Shown here: piece after piece, positions 40,645-51,800 of the stretch
Layout of the letters: each line of letters opens with the position of its first letter
Numbering within the stretch: position 1 is the first letter of the stretch
DNA from: Octopus bimaculoides
Taxonomy: Eukaryota
Assembly: GCF_001194135.2 (NCBI RefSeq)
Contig: NC_068984.1
Span: 141,415,518 to 141,479,517, forward strand
Direction: 5' to 3'
Length of the DNA stretch: 64,000 nt
Program-made: the position numbers and the translations under genes
The notes under the pieces: model-generated
Database searches by the model: none
What the model was told of the DNA's origin: nothing
What the model saw: the letters and a program-made list of their open reading frames with translations, nothing else

Positions 40645-41193
40645 GAACCCTCTCTTCAAATACTTGAAAAAGTTGATGACTGTTTTCCCTAAAGAAGCAA
40701 ACCTTTGTCCTCAGTTCTTTCAACAGCATCCGCAGTCCAACCCCCGTCGCCATAGTTACCCAATACCACTAGCTCCACAAGCTCTGCTTTGCCAATGGTT
40801 ATGCTTTGATCCTAACAGTAGACTTGACTGGTAGATTAGATCTGTCCCACGCATAAGAATGTTTCTGGTTGTTTTTTTTTTTTGTGTGTGTAGTTTTGTT
40901 ACTCTGAGTTCTGCTTTTTATATACTCTCACGTTATTAGAAGGTGGAATGTTAGAAATTCTAATGTTTCCTAAAGAGCTATAAACCCTGAAGTTTGGAGG
41001 AGGGATAAGTCAATTATACTGACCCCCAACAGTTAACTGGTACTTTATTTTATCGGCCCTGAAAGGATGAAAGACAAAGTTGATCTTGATGGAATTTGAA
41101 CTCTGAACTTAAAGAGACAGAAGAAATGTTACTAAGCATTTGGTCCGATGCACTAATGATTCTTCTAGTTGCTGCCAGAATAATAATAATAAT

Positions 41194-41915
41194 GAGACCA
41201 AGAGCGCTATACTGGCTGTGCAAGACAAAGCTTTGACCATGAACTGGAAGATCGACCTAAGGAATGAGCAAGTGTCTTCGCTGTGATAATATAGTGGATA
41301 ATACTATTGCTTATATCATGGACAAATGCCCTAGACTTGTCCAAAACCACTACAAGTTGTGGGGGCATGACTAAGTAGCGGAAGTGCTACATTGGTAGCT
41401 ACCAAGTAGTGAAGTGCTACATAGTTGGAGACTAGCAAAATCCTCTGGGATTTCACAATCCAAACAGATGAGGTGCTAGAGCATAACAGACCGGACCTAG
41501 TGGTGGTGGTAGACGAGGTGCACCACATATGCTGTGTAGTTGATGTTGCATGACCCTTTGACCCACGAATAGTCAAGAAGGAAGGCGAAAAGATAGAGAG
41601 ATACAATCCTCTTAAGTACGAAATAGCCTGGCTATGGAAAATGAAGAAGGTGAAGATAGTGCCAATTATTGTTGGGTCCTTGGGGACAGTATCAGAAGGC
41701 ATCAAGAGGAATATTAAGAAAATTGGAATAGGGTGTCCAGTGGAACTGTTACAAAAGGTTTGCCTCTTTGGCAGTGCCAGAGTAATCAGGAAAGTATTAG
41801 AGAGCTGAAAAAAACGAAAAGCATGGTACCATAGGCTGCAGGTAGCAAGCCTGCTACACATGCAAGACTTGAAGAATTCCTACAAAACCTGTGATAAAGA
41901 GAAAATAATAATGAT
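41194..41915 (+). mobile_element. 5'-truncated, decayed non-LTR retrotransposon with restriction-like endonuclease (R4/Dong/HERO-like)
   Basis: 41428-41808 translates ILWDFTIQTDEVLEHNRPDLVVV...VVDVA*PFD...KEGEKIERY..LKYEI..LW...VPIIVGSLG (PD-(D/E)xK-type RLE domain); in-frame stop at 41551; flanked by (AAT)n. Confidence 0.85.
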
Positions 41916-42797
41916 GACGATGATTTCTCCTGTTGCTGATGAAATATGAGTGCTCAGTAACAAAAGAAAAAAGGGTACTTTGTTATTAGTGAACTCAAAG
42001 AATTTAGGTAGAGTAAGGTTCGTACAGAGCTTAGCTGGCTCTTCGTTGCTAATTGTGGCCACTTGATCTGCTGCACAGTGTGCCATGTAATTGCTACATG
42101 TTAGGGAAGATAGACATGTAAAACTCAAACAATGAGTTCTGAACCCCTTCATCATCACAGTCCACATCATATGTGAAGTTCATCTTGTTGAGGTTTATCT
42201 AATAATTACAACCGACACATACCTCAGTGAATTGCAGGTACAAACTAAAATACACAATAACTGCAAATGTAATGTATCAAACTTGCTGCTGCTACAGTTG
42301 AGATATTTATGGGGTCCACCTTCCCCCCTAAAACAAACTACTAGCACACTTAACTAGCACGTGTACCACTGGTGGTGATTCAATACAAATGTCACAGAAC
42401 CCCTAGTAACAGGCAGTAGCAGTTAACATTAAAACTAGAGTGAAGTGTAGCTACTGACAGGTTGGGAACTAATTCCTTGCTTACCCTTTTTCTTAAATCC
42501 TCATCCTTGCATATCTTAATGCCTTTGTGGTCTAACTGAAGAGAAACCGCTTCTTCCAAATTCTACCTGCTGACCTCATTAAATCTCCAACTAACTACTA
42601 CTGCTATTATTATTATTATTACTACCCTTACCATTTTTGGTTCCCTGGAGCATTGGTCTGTTTGTTTCCTCTTGTATTTGAATTTTAACCCTTCAACCCC
42701 AACCACTTTTTTTTTTCCAGTGACTGACAATTTGTTTTTGTTTCTCTAAGATTCTAAGATTGTTGCATGAAGTTCCTTTGCGTCCGTTTTCTTCCAG

Positions 42798-42881
42798 CTT
42801 TCTGCCTCTCGCTGACTCCTATGACAACTGTTCTGAAAATGACTACGAAAGCATGGACACGTCCGCCGGCATGCTTTATAG
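42798..42881 (+). CDS. 84-nt exon (FLPLADSYDNCSENDYESMDTSAGMLY), phase 2-2
   Basis: Acceptor cgtccgttttcttccag; donor AG|gtacag at 42882; CpG-rich coding-like sequence; phases consistent. Confidence 0.75.
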
Positions 42882-44075
42882 GTACAGTAACTAATAACTC
42901 CAGAAAAAACCGCTGTGGTATACTCCAGTTATTTCACCAATTGGTTTATCATAGCATGCCACACTGTGTTGTCGTCGTCTTAGTAGTAGCGACTCACCCT
43001 GGTAGCATTATCTCACCTCTCACCAATCATCATTAATCATATATTTTTTTTTTGTGTGTGCGTTTAATGTCTGTCTTATAGCTTCTTAGTTTTAGAACTT
43101 ACCATAGTTTGTTTATTTTGATGTTGTGTACAAATTCTAGAATTAATCTTTTCTTTCAGTTTCACTCAGAATTAAAACCAATTTTTAAAAAAAAAATTTG
43201 TTTTTTATTTTAATCCCATTCAGCGATTTTAACTGCTGGACAATTTCAATGCTTGGCTTGAAATTATTTACACAGCCCCACCTTCCCCCAATTAAAAGCC
43301 ATTCTAATATTTATGGTGTGGAATCTTGTGATTTTTATTTGTAGTATTTAGAGATGTAACCTCCTTGTAATTTGTCTTTCTGTTCCACTTTATTGCATCT
43401 CTTTTGTGTCTGTTTTTATTTTGTTGCTTTATTTTTCCAAGAAAACAATGTTTTGTGTTTAAGTTTAATTGTAAAATAAAACTGATTTGTGTTTTTTTTT
43501 TTGTGTGCGTTTCTAAGTTTAACATGTTTTATCTTCTGTTGTGTAATCTTTCATCTCTTTAATATTTGTCTATTGTGTGTGTGTGTGTATAAATATATAT
43601 ATACTTCCATATGTGTGTGATGGCTATTTTGAATGCAGTGTTACAGCAAGAGAACCAAGGAGATCCTGGAATGGTATTTTCTTCAGCAAAGGTCGTATCT
43701 GGAAGGGCATCTAGCTATAGAATATTACTATCTAAAGAAGAAGTCTCATCCAACACATGCCAGCATGGAAAATACAGATGTAAAAAAAATATGGATTGAT
43801 TGAGTCTGAGAGAGAAAAAAGAAAAATCAAGCCAGATAATTTTTTTATATCATACAAAAAACGAGCTGGAGGAGAAGAGGTAAACTGTGTGACCTTTGCA
43901 ATCTTTCTTCTATGATGTGATTGTTCTGGTAAAAAACCCAATATTAACAATTGCAGGTCAGTGTTAATGGTGGTGGTGGGGGTAGGGGGTCATCTGATTG
44001 GAATACTATAATGTAGTGAACCCTGCTCAAGGTAGCACATGGTCCATATTTCATGAATAATTATGGAAGTGCTAA

Positions 44076-44293
44076 GGCGGTGAGCTGGCAGAAACGTTAG
44101 CATGCCGGGTGAAATGCTTAACGGTATTTCGTCTGTCTTTACGTTCTGAGTTCAAATTCAGCCGAGGTCAACTTTGCCTTTCATCCTTTCAGGATCGATA
44201 AGTTAAGTACCAGTTGCATACTGGGTCGATCTAATCAACTGCCCCACCTCCCCCAAAATTTCGGGCCTTGTGCCTAGAGTAGAAAAGAATATT
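44076..44293 (+). mobile_element. SINE family B (tRNA-like head; central GCCTTTCATCCTTTC..GTCGATAA domain), best copy
   Basis: GGCGGTGAGCTGGCAGAA head and GAGTTCAAATTC B-box-like motif. More than 10 copies in the window, e.g. 8197-8420 +, 13642-13868 -, 13905-14118 +, 38517-38727 -, 39778-40222 - (two copies), 40945-41178 -. Confidence 0.85.
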
Positions 44294-44396
44294 AGTTAGC
44301 TATTAATTAACTCTACCATCCAATGTGTAGATTAACTACGGTAGTTAACCAATACCATTGCTTTGACAAATCAGACCATGCTAGAGCATTTTTTGA

Positions 44397-44474
<78 letters not shown>

Positions 44475-46572
44475 ATGAGTGTGTGTGTGTAACTTAGCAG
44501 TTCTATATTTCTCCTCCCCCATCTGCATAACGATGATGATGCTGTACTCCCCCCTCCTCTAAGCAAGCCTTTTCAAGTTCTAATCTATTTTTACCATATC
44601 TCTCCAAAGACTCCACTTTGCGCGTGCATGTGTAACTCTCTAACAATTACTATCAGTGCCCCACCCCCATTCACATTTAAGTCTTATTCCTCACTCACGG
44701 GGCCCCTCCTACCTCTTCCACCCTCCCCAGTTTTTTTTTCACATTTTTCTTCCTGTTTTTCTTTTTTTAAATCTATTTTTATTTCTCTTGTATTTATATT
44801 TTTAAATACATTTCTATATTTTTCGTTTTTTTCCCCTTTTTCTCTGTCTAGATCTTTGCGTGTGTGCTTGTGTAGGGGGGGTGAGGATGTTGCCTGTGTG
44901 CATGTTTGTATGTCTGTCAAGCCCTCCCTCTCTTTCATTGCTACTGCAAAATGTACATACACACACACGCGCGCGCGCGCATACACATGCATGCACACGT
45001 ACACACATGTGCATACACGTGNNNNNNNNNNNNNNNNNNNNNNNNNNNNNNNNNNNNNNNNNNNNNNNNNNNNNNNNNNNNNNNNNNNNNNNNNNNNNNN
45101 NNNNNNNNNNNNNNNNNNNNNNNNNNNNNNNNNNNNNNNNNNNNNNNNNNNNNNNNNNNNNNNNNNNNNNNNNNNNNNNNNNNNNNNNNNNNNNNNNNNN
45201 NNNNNNNNNNNNNNNNNNNNNNNNNNNNNCCTCTCTTTCATTGCTACTGCAAAATGTACATACACACACACGCGCGCGCGCGCATACACATGCATGCACA
45301 CGTACACACATGTGCATACACGTGCACACATATTCAAGCATATATTTATATATGCATATACATATGTATATATGCATGTATATATGTGTGCATATATGCA
45401 TGTAAATGTGTGCATATATTTGCCTGTATATATGTGTATATATGCATATATATGTGTGTATGTATATATATATATATATATATATATAGATGCATATATT
45501 TGTATAATAAATATGTATACGCATGCACACACACACACACACACGCACACCCTTATATATTAGCAACTATACTACCTTTGTCAAATATTACATGGTAAAT
45601 CTTAAACTTGCATCCATTTCTCTGAGACTATTTCTGCCTCCATTTTCTCTTCTCTACACAAACACTTCTCCCCTCTCTCTCCCCATACACCTCCCTTTAT
45701 ATTCATTGTGTGTGTGTGTGTGTGTGTGTTTCACTCTGATGATTAACTTATGGTACAATCTAGAGACACACTTTTGTCTCTCTGTGCTCCCCCCACTGCA
45801 ACATACATTTTACATGTGCCTTCACACAGACTCACACATGCCTGTGCAAGCACACACACACACACACACCTCTGTACATACACAGGACTATATTTTTATA
45901 TCATTTCTCTCCTAACCTGTCTTATTGCCATTCACTATCCCTCCTCCTCTTCCTCTCTTCTTCCCACCCTGATTCCACCCCTATGTATTATCAGCTACCT
46001 TACTAGGATGCTATCATTATATATATATACATATTTATATATGTGTGTGTGTGCTCATTCTGAATTATCTTATTTTTAAAGATTTTTTTTCTTATTTGAA
46101 ACTGTGATTTCAATCTAACCTGCTTTTATTTTTCATTTTGTTTCTAGTTGAAGATGACTGATACCCCACCCCGCTGCCAAAATGACCCCCTCTTCTCCCT
46201 ATTATGAAATATAACAGTTTTTCTAATATGTGTGTGTGTGCGCGTTGTGTTAGTCACAGAAATGGATTTTGGTTGCAAATCTTACTAAAACCTAAAGTCT
46301 TTTACTAAAGTGTTATGGAATTCAAATATATACTCTGTGTGTGTGTGTGTTTGTTTGAGGTTGTTAATATATATGTATGCACACACACTCCCATGTCTGT
46401 GTATGTATGTGTGCTGTATGTGTTTTGTATATTATACATGCACACACTGGAAGCCACTTATTGTGATCATTTTCTGGATGGAGCCTTTTAGATAACAATA
46501 ACTGCTTGATAACATTGTTCAGGGTTACGATAAGTGGATTCCTCCTCCTCTCTCTCTCTTTCTCTATGTATG

Positions 46573-46615
<43 letters not shown>

Positions 46616-47130
46616 AATCCTATTTTTATTCTTTATGTTTATTGTTTTTAGCTTTTGTAATTTTTGAAATGAGAATGTTTCCCACTCTTTTCAGTTTTCT
46701 CACTTCTCTTTCATACACAAGCACATACGTCCCATACACACACACACACACACACACACACGTATCTATATGCACAAACACACTACGCAACCACTTCCTT
46801 TGAGGCCCACATACAACAGACACTATGGCCATTCCATTTCTCTGATATTGTTTCTCATTAACTAAAGATTATAACTCCACCTGCTAATTCTTATAGAATC
46901 TATTTGCCTAGGGCAAAGGGCAAACTATGTCTTGAGGTTTAAAATTAATTAATTATTAGCTTAATGATGTATAATCATTAGTATATCGGTAGTATAGAAC
47001 TGGTGATTATATCAGTGATAAATTTGTTGTAAATAATATTACTAGGTAATACGGTTCTATATCTAAGAGATGAGGAATTATGTACATTATTTGCATTTGA
47101 CAGATATTTGTCCTCATCTTGTTTGTTGTT

Positions 47131-47176
47131 AACACAACATTTCGGCTGATATAGCCTCCAGCCTTCATCAGGTGTG
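47131..47176 (-). ncRNA. Minimal type I hammerhead ribozyme motif (inverted arm)
   Basis: Reverse complement CACAC-CTGATGA-A-GGCTG..CAGCC-GAAA-TG-TT-GTGTT; the ACGT palindrome is altered to ATGT. Confidence 0.8.
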
Positions 47177-47429
47177 TTGGGGAAATTTCAAACCTGGGTT
47201 TTCATTCCTAAGGTATTTTTCGATGTTTTTATTATCATTATTCAGCTTACTGCCTGGAATTGAACTGAGAATCTTGGGGTTAATAGCCCGCACTCTTAAC
47301 CACTACACCCATAGTGGTTAAGAGTGCGGGCTACTAACCCCAAGATTCCGAGTTTGATTCCAGGCAGTAACCTGAATAATAATAATAATGATAACATTGA
47401 ACGAGAACCCAGGTTCGAAATTTCCCCAA

Positions 47430-47475
47430 GACACCTGATGAAGGCTGGAGGGTATATCAGCCGAAACGTTATGTT
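47430..47475 (+). ncRNA. Minimal type I hammerhead ribozyme motif (Penelope-type)
   Basis: GACAC-CTGATGA-A-GGCTG(10-nt loop)CAGCC-GAAA-CG-TT-ATGTT; all core nucleotides present; stem I mismatch at position 1.1. Confidence 0.8.
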
Positions 47476-49748
47476 AACAACAAACAGGATGAGGACAAAT
47501 ATCCGTCAAATGTAAATAATGTAAATATTACTAGGGTCCAGAGTCTTGAATTGTTTTTCTTTTCTCACATCTAAAATTGGCCATTGAGTTCCTGAATAAA
47601 ATTGGTAGGTGGGGTGGCCAGGAAGGAATTTATACATACATGTGTGATCACATGACTGACCAAACTTTCAGATGTTGTCACACATTGCTTGTCACAGTGT
47701 GCTTTGCATTGTTTTCACCTTCAAATGACACCATCCTTCTGGCCATGCAAGCTGGCCAACATGCTCCACTAATCGAAATGGGGGCTGGAACACCAAGAAA
47801 TGAAGTGTTTTGTTCAAGAATGCAGCGCTGCCTGGCCTAGGAACTGAACCCTCAATCTAGCAACCATGAATACAACAGCCTAACCACTAGGCCATGCACC
47901 TTCACATACATATGTATTTATGTATTAATTAAATATATATAAATCACTTTTTAAAATTCTCTCTACAGATTTTCTATAGAAATTAGAGCCAGTACTGAAA
48001 GTTACACTATTTCATACACAAATATGTCTATGTAAACAATGTGACCAAGGATAGTAAAATAGGTAAAGGGTGTACATACATATTTCAAGTGTTATTGCTC
48101 TTTCTTCAGTGCCACATCTAACCCATTAACTATTTGCAAACACATTGCTTAACTAACCACTAAATTTAGCAGTCTAACACAATTGGATCTACCAATTTTA
48201 CATATTAAGCACATTCCTAGCAATTAGTACATACATATTAATTACTGATAGTGACACCATATGTACTAGCAGCAATTAATATGTAAATAAATGTTTGTGT
48301 GTATGTCTATGCACACACATAAAGACCCAGAGGCCCTTTTATATGTAGTGTACCTTATGAATTGAATTGTGTTTCACGAATTTGCATTTTGTTGCTTAAC
48401 GAACTTTTTTTGAAACTTGCAGCAACAGAAAATACGGCTTAGGAACACGTGCTGTGAAAGATGAGAAGAAGACTACAATCACCACAACAACCTCATCAAC
48501 TAGTCAATACCGAAGAATTGGATCTGCAGAACCAAGCAAAATCAAAAAACAGACCTCAGACTCGGCATCAGCTTCGAATCATCTTCAGAAAAAGTAAATG
48601 CATTGGCAGCATATTTAGAAATGGTGGAGATGTGTGAGGCGGAGTGGTGGTGTAGGATATGAATGAATAGTGTATGGTGGCAATGACATGGGATACCCAC
48701 AATCACCACCACCACCACCACCACCACCACCATCATAATGTGTGTATATGTATGTCATCATCATCATCATCCAGTGTTTTAAATCCGGGTTTTGTCCCTG
48801 TTAATGAGGGTTGCCGGATCTACTTCAATGCCATAGCAACTGAAGTAGGCAGGTAGGCTCACCCCAACCTTTGGGCTGGCTGGTGCCCATTCCCCTTTGC
48901 TATCATGAGGCTTTTTTGGAGCTGGATTTTCTACAGGGAGCATGCCCTTGCTTACCCCCAACCTCAGTTTCTAGACATGAGTGATCCTGAGACGAAGGCC
49001 TCTACCATGATTTTTAAGAAATATGGTGGGAAACTAGCTTAGGAAGGCAGGGACGCTACTCCCTGAGATCCCTTTTGGAGACCCCCCCACTACCTATATA
49101 TGTATGTTTGTGTGTGTATGTATATATATATATATATGTATCTGTGTATACAATGGAAGAAGTGATCAAGACAATAGAACAGTATTTCCACTCACTACTC
49201 TGCAGTATCAAATTATTCCATCCTTAGTTCTTTCTCCGGTTAGCATTGTATTTCATCCTGCTCTTGGTCATTATACTAATTATGCAGAGACATTGGTCCA
49301 ATTTTTGTCAGATTCTGTGAAACTAACCAACCTGTTCTAGAATGGCAGTTAGACACTAAAAGGTGATCACACACAAACACACACGATCAGATAGTGTGAT
49401 GTACATCTCTTCCTCTCATTACTTTAGAAAAGTTTTTGTGTTTAATTAAGAAATCATTACATAATTAGATAATCGCTTAAGTAATTTTATACGGAGTAAT
49501 ATTAGATGAGCTGTTATCTCTATTGGCAACACAGACCAATGAAATCTTCTCCATGTGGTTGCATGACATGCTAAAAATAGTAGCCAAATCTCCATGTCAC
49601 ATTCAACCATCTTGAAATACTTGATTGCATAGTATTAGATATTTTGTCTGACACGAAGGTGAGATAGTCATGGCTGGAACCCCTTTGTTCATAGGTTCTC
49701 TTGAGCAGGGATCAGCTGGAGTGAACAGATATATTATAGGCATTTTAA

Positions 49749-49949
49749 CCCATTCACATTATTCCGTCAAAAGTAATATTTATTTATTCACTTTTTGAAT
49801 TAATCATGCACCATCTTGCGGCTTTGAGATTCTGATGAAGTGACTAATAAATTTTGGAATGGTATTGTAGGGTTGGTGTGAGACGCCAAATCGGGACAGT
49901 GTGACCATAAAGCAGGTAGAATATTTTGGCCAGTTTAAATGCTAAAGGG
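49749..49949. mobile_element. piggyBac-like MITE, family 2 (partial copies near 12390 and 32795)
   Basis: TTAA-CCC...GGG-TTAA ends; segment TAGCATTTAAACTGGCCATATCTGG shared, with variation, by the other copies. Confidence 0.6.
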
Positions 49950-50458
49950 TTAATTATTTCGTAAAATATATGTATACTTGTCTGTCCACCTGACCAGTGG
50001 AAACGAAAACAGTGTGAAGTGCATTGTGGCAAGTGATGTATAACATCTGAATGTCTGGTTGATGCCATGATGTATGTGTGCGCGCACGTGCATGTGTGTA
50101 TGCTTGTGTGTGTGTATAGTAGTATGCAAGACAACCAAAGAGCTTGTACATAATCTTTTGATCTTGTAGGAATAGTAATTGTACCATCTTTTAAAAAAGA
50201 GGACACATTGGTTAATGTAGAAAAGCAGAGAAAAAAAAGGGAAAATAATATGGTTATCCAGAACATGTTTAATGCCAGTTGAGATCTGACCCAGTGGACT
50301 TATGGTCAAACAGCAACAATATAATATCATTCTTTTCCCAATCAGAAGAATTATACCACATGAAGTATGTTGATAGGAGTGTGACAGTGACATGCCCATC
50401 TAACCCCTGCTAGCATGGAAAAATGAATGTGAATCTAACAAATGAGTATGAAAAGATG

Positions 50459-50489
<31 letters not shown>

Positions 50490-51058
50490 CATACATACAT
50501 ACATACAGGGTGTCCACAAAGTCTGGGTACATGGGGATTAACACATACTTTAAGAAATTATTATTTCTTATATTTAATTGTTTATGTTATGATTTTATTT
50601 ACTCCATGTACCCAGACCTTGTGGACACCCTGTATAATGTGTGTGTGTGTGTTTGGTTGGTGTTAGGAAGGGCATCCAGCCATAAAAGCCATGCCAAAAC
50701 AGACACAGAAGCCTGGTGCAGGCTCCAGCCTGGTCAGCTCCTGTCAAACCATCCCACCCATGCCAGCATAGAAGGAGCACGTTAAACAATGATGATGATG
50801 ATGATTGATATAGGGATTGTTTGAAGTCGTCTACAGATTAAGAAAGACGAGGTAGAATTTTGGATTACTATGAATAATTCTCCAAAATTCTGACTTCCTT
50901 ATTTTTCTTAGCACATATATTTAAGTTTGACACAGGAAGTCAGTCATATGAATGGTATTGTATTTGTAATTAGAGTTGTGTACTCTAGGTTTAAATGTGA
51001 CTCCATCTGTGTGTGCGTACAACTCCTTAAAAGAAATCTGTTATGTTCCTTTCTCCAG

Positions 51059-51365
51059 CGGTGTTCCGGATGAAAATATGAACCCGTCTCCTGCTTCGTC
51101 AAACGCTCCCAGTCGCAGTTCTTCAACCAGTTCGATACACAGCAGCACCAATGACAAAACAGTTAGCAAAACGCTGTCTGGCAGCCGTCTACGGTTAGAC
51201 AAGAGTGCAACCTCTACGTCTTCAGCTTCTTCAAATGTCGTCCGCCGTACGAAACCAGGAGAGAAGTCGGGCAGCAGCCAGGTGTCGAGCACCAATTCCA
51301 AAATTGCTGTGACGACTTCAAGTCGGTTACATATGTCAGGAACCAAATCAAACCATGTAACGCCG
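51059..51365 (+). CDS. Ser/Thr-rich exon (S-GVPDENMNPSPASS...NHVTP), phase 2-0
   Basis: Acceptor ttatgttcctttctccag; long open frame (ORF track 50976-51383); donor CCG|gttagt at 51366. Confidence 0.8.
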
Positions 51366-51769
51366 GTTAGTATTATCAACTGACCGCCAGATGGTCACCA
51401 GTTCTGGTTGTTGACATTTAAGTGGCATTATTGTTATTGTTATTGTTTTGTTTGTTTGTTGTTATTGGGACTTTCAGATCTTGATTGTGGTTAAATTCTA
51501 TTTTCTTCAGCCACTAATTCATTCTTAACTTAATTAATCACTTGTTTAAACTTAATTAATTTGTGTTAAACTTTCATCTTTTCTTCTATTCTCTTCTCTT
51601 ATTTTGTTTCTTTTTTTTTTTTTTTGGTTTATTTCTTCACTGTCAAAAGAAGAATGTTATGAAATATTTATTTATTTATTTATATTGTTTAATCTGTCCA
51701 TCGTCTTTCTTCCTACTATCTGGTCTCTTTTGTATTTCATTTCCTGATGTTGAGGTTATTTAAACAAGT

Positions 51770-51800
<31 letters not shown>

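Larger units (their letters stand above)
47047..47523. mobile_element. Head-to-head inverted dimer of a tRNA-headed, hammerhead-bearing short retroelement
   Basis: Inverted arms 47083-47305 and 47312-47523; A/B boxes (GGTGTAGTGG, GTTCAATTCC on the minus arm); 12-nt direct repeat AATATTACTAGG at 47035-47046 and 47524-47535. Confidence 0.85.

Noticed and set aside
44927-45324. Identical 95-nt direct repeat on both sides of an N-gap
   Set aside because: Typical scaffolding overlap artefact, not a biological duplication.
46148-46210. Strong-looking acceptor tttgtttctag|ttgaag
   Set aside because: Stop codon immediately in the required phase 2 and no donor found; unsupported as an exon.
47240-47370. 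tRNA-like sequences here and at other SINE heads (36853, 44076, 54785)
   Set aside because: They lack a complete acceptor stem and cloverleaf; these are SINE promoters, not tRNA genes.
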